The translations under genes were made by a program, and so were the position numbers. Positions 1 to 7,913 of a stretch of 23,919 nt of DNA are shown in pieces (the first letter of the stretch is position 1; each line of letters starts with the position of its first letter). Location of the stretch: contig JBLNCY010000035.1 in NCBI GenBank assembly GCA_050261115.1, forward strand, positions 1 to 23,919. Direction: 5' to 3'. The notes under the pieces were generated by a model. The model had not been told where the DNA came from. It did no database searches and saw only the letters and a list, made by a program, of their open reading frames with translations. The stretch is from Methanocella sp. GTDB lineage: Archaea; Thermoproteota; Bathyarchaeia; Bathyarchaeales; Bathycorpusculaceae.

Positions 1-136
1 AAGATTTCAATGCAGCCGTATAATACCCAAGTGGATACATGATAGACAAGGGCACTGCACGGATTTCAGCATTAAGCCAAAAAAGCGGTATGGTTTTATA
101 CCTGCCTGAAAGGTGGGTACAAGTAGGAGACTGGTT

Positions 137-907
137 ATGTCTGTATCGCCGGGATTAAGAGAAGTTTTAGCTCGAAGGATAGCTGGAGAAATCATCCTGT
201 CAAGCAACCCCGGCTCCACCATGCGAAAATGGCGGGAGCTTTTTGCCGTCAGTCAAACCAGCCTCTCCGAAGCCATGAAACTCTCCTCATCAGTCATAAG
301 TGACTACGAGAGTGGCAGACGTAAAAGCCCCGGCGCCAAATTCATCCGCCGATTTGTTCTATCTCTGCTAAGGATTGATGAACAGAAGGGTAGCCGATTC
401 ATCCGGGAATTCGCCAAACTCACAAGCTCACCCAGCATGGCTGTAGTCGACCTAAGAGAATTCCCGATTCCCGTGCGGGTAGAGTACCTCTGTAAAGCGA
501 TAAACGGAGAAGTCGTGGCATGCAAGGACAAGTTTGTTAAAGAAATCAACGGCTACACCGTCGTCGATAGCCGAAAAGCAGTAGAAGCCTACTCGGGCTC
601 AGAGTACATGCAGCTCTTAGGAGCCACCACCGAACGCGCCCTTATTTTCACCAACGTGGATGGAGGCAGTTTACCAATGATGATTGTCCGGGTAAGCAGC
701 CTCAAACCCCGCATTGTAGTGTTCCATAAAACGATGCCTGACGAGGAAGCCATACGCATAGCCGAATACGAACAAATACCCATCATATACTCAGCCACCC
801 CGACGCTTGAGCAACTTGTTATGGCACTACGCAAACTCTACCGCATCGCACTACGCGTCAAACTAGGCAAAAAACACGTACGTCCACCGCCAAAAATCAG
901 CGCTTGA
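137..907 (+). CDS. XRE-type HTH transcriptional regulator with C-terminal DRTGG/HPr-kinase-N-like domain (COG1709-like, conserved archaeal)
   Basis: HTH segment MRKWRELFAVSQTSLSEAMKLSSSVISDYESGRRKSPG; C-terminal GYTVVDS/GATTERALIFTNV motifs. Start placed at ATG 137, downstream of AGGAGA (125-130), rather than GTG 113. Confidence 0.8.
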   Translation: MSVSPGLREVLARRIAGEIILSSNPGSTMRKWRELFAVSQTSLSEAMKLSSSVISDYESGRRKSPGAKFIRRFVLSLLRIDEQKGSRFIREFAKLTSSPSMAVVDLREFPIPVRVEYLCKAINGEVVACKDKFVKEINGYTVVDSRKAVEAYSGSEYMQLLGATTERALIFTNVDGGSLPMMIVRVSSLKPRIVVFHKTMPDEEAIRIAEYEQIPIIYSATPTLEQLVMALRKLYRIALRVKLGKKHVRPPPKISA

Positions 908-916
908 TTCCCCCGT

Positions 917-2140
917 TTATGAGAAGACCTTGATGCATACGAAAGCCACAAGGAAAAGCACCGCTGAAATCGCATATGCCGGTAGATACCCGATTACTTC
1001 GGCTAAGTAGGGTCCTAAAAAGCTACCTACTGCCGTGCCCAACCCCGTCAAGACATCAATTATTCCTGCTTTGCCTTGAGGGACAAGCGCCATCGAATTG
1101 CACAACATTAAAATCGAGTAAACTGCAAAGACAAACCCCATGCCAATCAGCAGCAGTCCCGTCACCACCAATGGGTAGAATGATAGGGATACGACTGTAA
1201 CGATTAGGGCTACAAGCATGGTTCTTAGCAGTATCATTCGGCTTATGCGTTTCTTTGCGTCACCGCCATAAGCGCGGTTTCTAATAAAAAAGTAGCCTGA
1301 AGTCGAGCCAATTGAGCCAAGAACATAGACAACAAAAACAGAACCCGCATCCAAACCCATGTAACTAGTGAAGAAGACGGGTAGCGGCGTGTAGAATATG
1401 CCTGCTGCAAGGGTGAAGACTAGTATGGCTAAACCGAATCCGAGGAACCGTGGAGGCTTAAGGTCTGGGGGATCTCTGCAGCCCTGCCACATTTTTGCTA
1501 CGGTTTCGAAGCCTCGGTGTGCATAGTCGAGTGTTCGCTCCATCCCTACTAGGCGACGCTCGATATTCATTATCGGATCGGCAACAAATAGCAGGGAAAA
1601 TACGAAGGCAGCTAAGCTAAGCGCACTGCATATGTAGAAGCACAAAATCGCATTGACACCGAAGTTTAGCGTGGCTGTGAAGGTGAAAAAGCCTATGCCT
1701 AAACCAATTATTAAGCCAAACTCAGTTACACCCTCATAGATGGCATAAGCGCGCCCCCATTTATCATGCGAATAGTTCTCGGCTACCAAGACGTTCTTAG
1801 GGGGTTCATGGGCGATGTGCAGAACATTCATCAAGATGTAGAGCGCCGCAAACACCCATAGGTTCTGAGCAAAACTCAAAGTGAAGAGAAACAGAATAAC
1901 TGCCATGGACAAAAACGCCAGCAAAATAAACACTTTGTATCGGCGGATCCGGTCACATATCCAACCCCAAAAGTAAGCAGCCGGTATAGTAGAAACCACG
2001 GCCAACGCGGTTATTATGCCTAAGTCCACTAGGCTACCGCCTAAGCCGCCTGAAGTGACCGTGGCGACAATGTACATTGGGACAAACACTGTAAGCAAGC
2101 CATAAGCCATTTCGTGGAAGAAAGTCCCTAAGCGCCACAT
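917..2140 (-). CDS. Major facilitator superfamily transporter, substrate unknown
   Basis: 407 aa with about 12 hydrophobic segments in two halves separated by a polar loop; MFS motif A-like WGWICDRIRRYK after the second helix. Confidence 0.8.
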   Translation of the reverse strand: MWRLGTFFHEMAYGLLTVFVPMYIVATVTSGGLGGSLVDLGIITALAVVSTIPAAYFWGWICDRIRRYKVFILLAFLSMAVILFLFTLSFAQNLWVFAALYILMNVLHIAHEPPKNVLVAENYSHDKWGRAYAIYEGVTEFGLIIGLGIGFFTFTATLNFGVNAILCFYICSALSLAAFVFSLLFVADPIMNIERRLVGMERTLDYAHRGFETVAKMWQGCRDPPDLKPPRFLGFGLAILVFTLAAGIFYTPLPVFFTSYMGLDAGSVFVVYVLGSIGSTSGYFFIRNRAYGGDAKKRISRMILLRTMLVALIVTVVSLSFYPLVVTGLLLIGMGFVFAVYSILMLCNSMALVPQGKAGIIDVLTGLGTAVGSFLGPYLAEVIGYLPAYAISAVLFLVAFVCIKVFS

Positions 2141-2347
2141 GATACCTTTTGGGTTGGTATGGTTAAATTAAAACCTCACTACCATAAACCTGACGATTTT
2201 AGGGCACGACTACCCGCTTTTGTGACAAAGCCCTGTATCCCCAACAGCTTCCCCGACAAAAACCAAGAAAAAACCGCCATGTTTTTCGCCGTTTTGGCCG
2301 CGAGTGCTTATTTACCTCGAAGGCTTCATTTGCTATTGTGAATTGGT

Positions 2348-2527
2348 ATGTGTGAATTCAACGTAATCCTAAACGGCACAATCCAAGCAAGAGACATCAT
2401 CTACGCCAAACAGGAAGGCGCAAACGTAGTGGTCCGCGATGTTATGGGTGCACCGCAGACTTTCCAGAACTGCAAAATCCAAGAAGTTGACGTAGCAAAC
2501 GCCCGACTAGTGCTCATACCAGCATAA
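2348..2527 (+). CDS. cooT: CooT-family nickel-binding protein (59 aa; not in the supplied ORF track)
   Basis: Manual translation: MCEFNVILNGTIQARDIIYAKQEGANVVVRDVMGAPQTFQNCKIQEVDVANARLVLIPA*. The N-terminal Met-Cys, central DVMG and C-terminal I.EVD....LVL pattern and the size fit CooT. Confidence 0.75.
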   Translation: MCEFNVILNGTIQARDIIYAKQEGANVVVRDVMGAPQTFQNCKIQEVDVANARLVLIPA

Positions 2528-2665
2528 CACCCATTTGGCAGTAAGCATCGAGCATTGCATCATATGATACTTTAGCTAAGACGGCTTGCTTGCCACCTAA
2601 AGTGCGATGCCCGTTTTTGCTTTATATATCCAATAAGTCTCTAGAATAGCGGGGAATCCGCGTAT

Positions 2666-3349
2666 TTGGATAAAAAACCCATATCCAGAGAGGACAAATT
2701 CGACCGGGACCTAACCATACTTCTAGACAGATTAACCGCCAACACAGAGCCCAGGGTAGAGAACAAACTCAGCATGCTAAAAGAGTGGCTAATTAAACTC
2801 CACAAAGAAAATCTTGTCAAAATTAACCACTCCGTCATGGAACTCGTATGCGCCAAGCACCTTATCGAAAAAAACTATGAAATCCAACTCGAATACCCCC
2901 TAAACGAGCTCCTAAACTGTGACCTATATGGCATCAAGGGACTTGGCAACATCATAGTCGAGATAGAAACCGGCTTCATCCCACCTGAAAACGCCCTCTC
3001 GCCGTTGACGTATACTTCGGCTCGGTTGGCTAGCAAAATCATCCGCTATAGCAGCTTTGCCGGCAAATTTGCCCTGGGAGTGCCGCCCCACTACATCCTG
3101 CCGTTCCCCCGCACCCTAGCCAAGCCTCCCCGCAACCGCACCGAAGTCGAAATAGAACAAATCAAAGCGCTCTGTGACGCCTTCTACTCCAAACCCCCCG
3201 TCACTCTGGAGGAAATCCGCAATGCACGCATACAGGAAATCTACATAATCGACGTCGACCGCACCAAAACCATCGAAATCGACCCTGAAAGCTACCTGCG
3301 GAGGGCAATGCAAAAAGGGGTCGTGTTTGATTGTTTATCGCCAGAATAG
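2666..3349 (+). CDS. Hypothetical protein with a possible PD-(D/E)XK nuclease-like fold
   Basis: 227-aa ORF with TTG start and TATA-like TTTATATAT at 2621-2629; H..ME....K helix followed by CDLYGIKG...VEIETG resembles a D...E-x-E nuclease core. Confidence 0.6.
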   Translation: MDKKPISREDKFDRDLTILLDRLTANTEPRVENKLSMLKEWLIKLHKENLVKINHSVMELVCAKHLIEKNYEIQLEYPLNELLNCDLYGIKGLGNIIVEIETGFIPPENALSPLTYTSARLASKIIRYSSFAGKFALGVPPHYILPFPRTLAKPPRNRTEVEIEQIKALCDAFYSKPPVTLEEIRNARIQEIYIIDVDRTKTIEIDPESYLRRAMQKGVVFDCLSPE

Positions 3350-3351
3350 CC

Positions 3352-3630
3352 ATGGACACCGCTGGGAAGCTACAGTTTTATGTTTACATTCTCAAATGCC
3401 GAGATGGCAGCTTTTACACAGGCTACACCAAAGACCTAACCGAGCGTACCCACCAGCACCAAACTGGCAAAGGCGCACGCTACACCAAAGCCCACCCACC
3501 CATAGGCATAGCATACGTGGAGATGTTTGAGAGCCGCAGTCAAGCCATGAAGCGGGAGCGGGAAATCAAAAAGCTCAGTCACCAACAAAAACAAGCCCTC
3601 ATAGCCTCCAACGGCACAAAAAACCGCTAA
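3352..3630 (+). CDS. GIY-YIG nuclease family protein (UPF0213/YhbQ-like)
   Basis: FYVYILKCRDGSFYTGYTKDLTERTHQHQTGKGARYT and A.KRE.EIKKL motifs; ATG 3352 lies 2 nt after the upstream stop. Confidence 0.85.
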   Translation: MDTAGKLQFYVYILKCRDGSFYTGYTKDLTERTHQHQTGKGARYTKAHPPIGIAYVEMFESRSQAMKREREIKKLSHQQKQALIASNGTKNR

Positions 3631-4901
3631 GCAAACCCAAGTAGGAGCGTTAAAGCGGCGCCTGTGATTATTGGAACCAGCACGTTGTCATTGATGGGCA
3701 GCGGCAGTGCTTCAATTGTCATGGCTATAACTGCCCCCGCCAACGCCAGCCACGGGGAAACAAAGAATGTGCCGCCTAGGAACGCAAAAAAGAACCCTGC
3801 TAGGGAGCCTTCGAGGGTTTTTCCCTTGTTGAAGGGTAGGGGCTTGTTGAACATGCCGCCAAAGAGCGAAGCGGCGCTGTCGCCTAGGCAGAACATAGCG
3901 ATTGCAGCGCCCCCAGCCGCCGCAGGATACAACAACAAAGTCGCAACTATGCCAAACGCGAAGTAAAGTGGCGCGGCGGCAAAGCCAAAAAGTTCCGTTT
4001 GGGAAGCTGCATGACGAGTTATGGTTGAGATCACCGGTAAACTATGCCCGTCTAGGCGTAGAAGCTCCGATGCAGTATACACGGCGGCTATGATGACTAT
4101 TAGGGCGGCGACGATGGGGACGCCGATTATACTGGCGATCACAGGCATAAAGATGCCAGCCGCATGGATGTCTTCTCGGACAAAATCGTTAACGGAGGGA
4201 AAACTCCACTTTTGCCTCACACCATCAATTACGGGCAAGATGGCAACCAAATGGCCGTTAACTACTCGGTCGGATTTGATGCGTATTACGAAGTCGGGGT
4301 TGAAGCCGATTTTAAGGGCACCCGGCAGGTATATGCAACTGTTGTTGCGGTCGTCGGCAACGACGATGCAGTCCTCGACGGTTAAGCCGGTTTCGTTTAG
4401 GATTTTGCAGAGGATTTTTAGTTTTCCGTTTTTACTGATGGCATCACCGCTGATTTTGCCTGTGAGTTTTCCGTTTGCCTCTTCGATTTCAACTCCGTAT
4501 GCGTAGTCGGCGCAGATTTTAACGGCCAGCCGCTCAACTGCTGTGGTAGGTATGCCGCTGCTGATTAAGGCGACTTTACAGTTGCGCGCCTTTAGCAGGG
4601 CACAGAGGTTCTGCAGGTAAGGCGTGGCGGGTATGCGGCTAAACGTCTCAAGTAAGGCCTCAGTTGTTATGCCGCTGAACTGGCGGTAAACCCATTGCAT
4701 CACGGATTCGAGTTTGAGGATACCTGCTTCATAGAGAAAACCAAGAATCAACACTTTTAGTAGCGTGAGTGGCCCTAGGGTTTTGGCTACTTCGTAGTAA
4801 AAACGGTTTCTGGGAAGCAATACCCCTTCCACGTCTAAAACGACGAGGCGGGGCCGCTCCGGTGATCTTGGAGTTTGAGCCATAGCTTGGGTTTCATCCA
4901 T
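3627..4901 (-). CDS. Fusion: N-terminal SerB/ThrH-like HAD phosphatase + C-terminal membrane CTP-dependent polyprenol (dolichol/phytol) kinase-like domain
   Basis: HAD motifs LDVEGVL, ISSG, conserved K, VADDRNN; C-terminal hydrophobic domain with REDIH, GDSAASLFG, KTLEGS and DNVLVP, typical of the dolichol/phytol kinase family. Confidence 0.75.
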   Translation of the reverse strand: MDETQAMAQTPRSPERPRLVVLDVEGVLLPRNRFYYEVAKTLGPLTLLKVLILGFLYEAGILKLESVMQWVYRQFSGITTEALLETFSRIPATPYLQNLCALLKARNCKVALISSGIPTTAVERLAVKICADYAYGVEIEEANGKLTGKISGDAISKNGKLKILCKILNETGLTVEDCIVVADDRNNSCIYLPGALKIGFNPDFVIRIKSDRVVNGHLVAILPVIDGVRQKWSFPSVNDFVREDIHAAGIFMPVIASIIGVPIVAALIVIIAAVYTASELLRLDGHSLPVISTITRHAASQTELFGFAAAPLYFAFGIVATLLLYPAAAGGAAIAMFCLGDSAASLFGGMFNKPLPFNKGKTLEGSLAGFFFAFLGGTFFVSPWLALAGAVIAMTIEALPLPINDNVLVPIITGAALTLLLGFA

Positions 4902-4945
4902 AAAAGCAGTTCACTATGGAAAAGAGGGGTTGCCTGCAAATAAAT

Positions 4946-6292
4946 TTATGCCGAGCCGCAGCTAGAGCGGTCTTTGTTTTGGAGCTCAAGGGGGCACCCG
5001 CCTCCACAGACCTGCAGATCCACACAGGCACTGCATTTTTGTTCGGCGTATTCGCGTTTGCGGATGCTTTCTGCGAGGGGGTTTTGCCAGATCTTAGTCC
5101 AGGGGTCGGTGAGTATGTTGCCCAGTGATTGGAAGTAGCTTTGGCAGGGGTACACGTCGCCGTTGGGGCCTAAGCAGGCATTGATGGATGCGGCGGTGCA
5201 GCTTTTGACGCCTAACCCCAACTGCAGGGGATTTAACTCGCAGTACTGGGTTGGGGTGTACCAGAGGAACTTGAGGCCCAGCTCTTCTGCTTTTTCTCTG
5301 ATCTGTGGCAGCAGCGCTTTGAGTTGGTCAGTTGAGAGAGCGAACTCGTTTTGCGCCTGGGGAGCTTTGCCGCTGTATATGAGGCTGTTGCAGCCAAACG
5401 CATCAACACCCAGTTCTTTTATGTAGTCTATGGTGACGAGGAAATCCTCTGCATTGTGTTTTCCAAGCGTAGTGTTGGTTGAAACATATATTTGGGATAC
5501 CACGGCGTTTTTGATGCCCTGAACGGTTTCTTTCCAGCTACCTTTAGCCTTCGTCATGGCGTCATGGACAAGAGGCTTATGCGATTCGAGGGTGATTTGG
5601 ACGAAGTCTAAGCCCGCCTTCTCCAGCGTTTCCACATAGGCTTTGTCTTTTAGACGTCGCCCATTGGTAATTAAGCCCGTAACTATACCTTTGGTTTGGG
5701 CATAATGCAGCAGCTCTGGGAGGTCGTCGCGGAGGGTGGGTTCGCCTCCGGTGAAAGTTAGGATGAATACGCCTATATCGCTTAGGCGGTCGATAGCTTG
5801 TTTCCATTGATCCGTGTTGAGTTCGGGGGTTTCGTGGGGTCCGCCGGCGTAGCAGTGGATGCAGTCGTTTTGGCAGCGGAAAGTCAGGGCCATATCCATG
5901 CGCAGCGGCGCCGAGTAGGGGTAGCTGAATGGCTCTTCTTTTTCGATGTCAAGGAAGGTTACGGGGTCGATTTTCTCTGTCTGTGCTAAAGTGCTAATTG
6001 AGTAAACGAGGCGTTCATAGTCGGCTTTAGCCTGCTCTTTGCTGACGCGGTATATGGCGCGGATTTTGTCGATGACATCTGCTTCGGGGAGTCCCTGCAT
6101 GAAGTAGTAGGCGTATGCTGAAGCGGTTTGGTTGAGGTGTAGAATCGTGTTGGCGTTAATCACCATAACGCCTCTACCGTTCTCTTCTATGCGTAGTTGC
6201 AGGGACATGCCTGCATACTTGTCTTGTCCGCGGTAACTGTAGCGTCCAGCTGGGATTTTCTGTTTATGTCCAAGGTTTTTTAGGAAACTCAT
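4946..6292 (-). CDS. Radical SAM/SPASM enzyme with N-terminal PqqD/RRE-like domain (putative peptide/protein maturase)
   Basis: CQNDCIHC (CxxxCxxC), FTGGEP; SPASM cysteines CTAA...GDVYPC...CSACVDLQVCGGGCP; N-terminal LHLNQTA...IRAIYRVSKEQAKADY resembles PqqD/RRE. Start ATG 6292 follows GGAGGAGG. Confidence 0.85.
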   Translation of the reverse strand: MSFLKNLGHKQKIPAGRYSYRGQDKYAGMSLQLRIEENGRGVMVINANTILHLNQTASAYAYYFMQGLPEADVIDKIRAIYRVSKEQAKADYERLVYSISTLAQTEKIDPVTFLDIEKEEPFSYPYSAPLRMDMALTFRCQNDCIHCYAGGPHETPELNTDQWKQAIDRLSDIGVFILTFTGGEPTLRDDLPELLHYAQTKGIVTGLITNGRRLKDKAYVETLEKAGLDFVQITLESHKPLVHDAMTKAKGSWKETVQGIKNAVVSQIYVSTNTTLGKHNAEDFLVTIDYIKELGVDAFGCNSLIYSGKAPQAQNEFALSTDQLKALLPQIREKAEELGLKFLWYTPTQYCELNPLQLGLGVKSCTAASINACLGPNGDVYPCQSYFQSLGNILTDPWTKIWQNPLAESIRKREYAEQKCSACVDLQVCGGGCPLELQNKDRSSCGSA

Positions 6293-6293
6293 T

Positions 6294-7913
6294 TTATCGT
6301 CCTCCTCCACCGGCACATGCACAAGCACAGCTCACGCAAGCACAGGCACAGGCGCAAGCTGCACAGGCACAGACACAATCGGAGCCTTTTCGGGCGGGTT
6401 GATGGCTAGCTTTGGGCGGCGGGGGCAGGATGGAGTTGGCGAATTTCTCCAAGTTGACGACTATGTTGCTGCTGGTTTTCTCCAGCGAGGTGGCGATGGT
6501 GTTGGCGAAGTCTGCACCTGGAATCGCAGGGGCTGGCCCTGACTGTGCTGGCGCGTTAATGTTTGGGCGATAGGTTGGGTGGGGGTGATAAATCGTGTAG
6601 CCATACCACCACCAGAACCATAGGGGCTGTGGCTGGAAGGGTCGGTCGTGGAAGACCGTCTCGGTGCGTGTCCGCTGGTTGGGGTCCATCATGAGCCAGA
6701 GGAGTTGTTCGTTGTAGGCGTTGGAGGCTAACTCGGGGGTGCCTGCTTGTTCTACCTGCGCCCAAGCTTGAGCGACGATTTTTCGGTAATAATCTATGCT
6801 GTCTTTTCGGCTGTAGCCCTTCATTTTTTCCTCGACGGTGTCTCGTAGGAACATAACGGTCTTGGCGAGTTTCTCCTCGTCAAGTGTGCCGTCGGCTTTA
6901 AGCGAATTTAGGAAGTCGATTTCATAGTACCGCAGAGGATTCTCTTTGGTGCCTACTTTGTTCTCATATGGAGGCAGCACTTTGAGTCTGAGTGAGGGCT
7001 TATTTTCTTCTACCCAAACCGCCCGTTTCTGGAGCAAGCTGTAGAGGATTTCGGTAACCAGCTGAGGCGGCTTCATATCCAGCAGATAAGAGGCTTCCAC
7101 GGCGGTTAAGCCACGTTTGATGCCAAGCGTTTCCATGCTGATTTTGGGGGTTTGGTAGCTGCTCTTACTCATCTTGGCAACGATGAATATGAAAAGGAAT
7201 ATGACTGCGACAACAACAAAAACCACTAAAGCGACGAGTAGCGGGCTAAAGTCGTCTTCGCCTTCTGTGGGGGTATAGTTTGGGAGGTACCGTGCTGGGA
7301 AGGAAACCCCCACCATAAACCGTTCACCTGCTGCTATCTGGGGTCTCTCCCAGTAAACCGCCAATCTGCCTTCAACAATGGAGGTGCCGTTGTAGAAGGT
7401 CTCAGTTGTTTTTACGTCACCCACCTGAACGCCCATTGGCAGGACAATCTGCACCCGCACATCATTAATCGGCACATCCTCGATCCACTGAGGAATAAAT
7501 TGCATGCCATAGTTGCCGGGGTTGGTGGTGTCATTGCTAATCATACCTGCAACGTTAGTGGTAATTGTGTACCAGATGCTTTCTCCTTCGACTAAGGGTC
7601 GATTGAAATCTACCGACGCCACGTCAGGAGTGTAGCTATAGGTGCGTAGTTGGTTGCCGTATTGATCGACGGCTTCGCCGATGGTGAAGTCACGGTTCGG
7701 CTGCCCCAAATCAAACGCCGTTAGCGAGCCCTGGATAACGGTGACGGTTAAGTTGTATGTTAAATCGATGGTGCCGTCGTCGTTAATGAAAATCTGCGCC
7801 CATTGGTGATCGACACGGTAAAGGTTAGCTTGAGCTTGGACTATGCTCGCCGCTGAAGCAACCGCAATGCTGATTGCCAGAAAGGCCACAAAGATGACTG
7901 AGCGGTTTACCAT
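6294..7913 (-). CDS. Single-pass membrane protein (signal peptide, extracellular beta-rich domain, DUF2207-like layout) with C-terminal Cys/Ala-repeat tail
   Basis: Hydrophobic N-terminus, beta-rich domain with N-x-T sequons, TM helix LLVALVVFVVVAVIFLFIFIVA followed by basic residues, about 290-aa predicted cytoplasmic part ending CVCACAACACACACVSCACACAGGGGR. Confidence 0.75.
   Translation of the reverse strand: MVNRSVIFVAFLAISIAVASAASIVQAQANLYRVDHQWAQIFINDDGTIDLTYNLTVTVIQGSLTAFDLGQPNRDFTIGEAVDQYGNQLRTYSYTPDVASVDFNRPLVEGESIWYTITTNVAGMISNDTTNPGNYGMQFIPQWIEDVPINDVRVQIVLPMGVQVGDVKTTETFYNGTSIVEGRLAVYWERPQIAAGERFMVGVSFPARYLPNYTPTEGEDDFSPLLVALVVFVVVAVIFLFIFIVAKMSKSSYQTPKISMETLGIKRGLTAVEASYLLDMKPPQLVTEILYSLLQKRAVWVEENKPSLRLKVLPPYENKVGTKENPLRYYEIDFLNSLKADGTLDEEKLAKTVMFLRDTVEEKMKGYSRKDSIDYYRKIVAQAWAQVEQAGTPELASNAYNEQLLWLMMDPNQRTRTETVFHDRPFQPQPLWFWWWYGYTIYHPHPTYRPNINAPAQSGPAPAIPGADFANTIATSLEKTSSNIVVNLEKFANSILPPPPKASHQPARKGSDCVCACAACACACACVSCACACAGGGGR
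6312..6377 (-). repeat. Coding (Cys-Ala)n repeat: 10 Cys in 22 codons
   Basis: Codons tgt gtc tgt gcc tgt gca gct tgc gcc tgt gcc tgt gct tgc gtg agc tgt gct tgt gca tgt gcc; synonymous positions vary. Confidence 0.9.

Noticed and set aside
1-40. Possible start of a minus-strand gene at ATG 40 (MYPLGYYTAALKS...) running off the window
   Set aside because: Only 13 codons are visible, which is not enough to support a call.
3352-3630. GIY-YIG protein as a homing endonuclease or mobile element
   Set aside because: It is a short stand-alone UPF0213-type domain with no DNA-binding extension, intron or intein context.
4946-6292. Annotating the radical SAM enzyme as PqqE, NirJ/AhbC/AhbD or a GDGT lipid-modifying enzyme
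   Set aside because: No pqq or heme-synthesis genes are adjacent, there is no B12-binding domain, and it has a fused RRE-like domain and tight coupling to a Cys-tail protein.
6312-6377. GCACA-like periodic DNA as a microsatellite, phase-variation tract or CRISPR remnant
   Set aside because: The 6-nt periodicity is fully explained by Cys-Ala codons with varied third positions; there are no spacers or cas genes.
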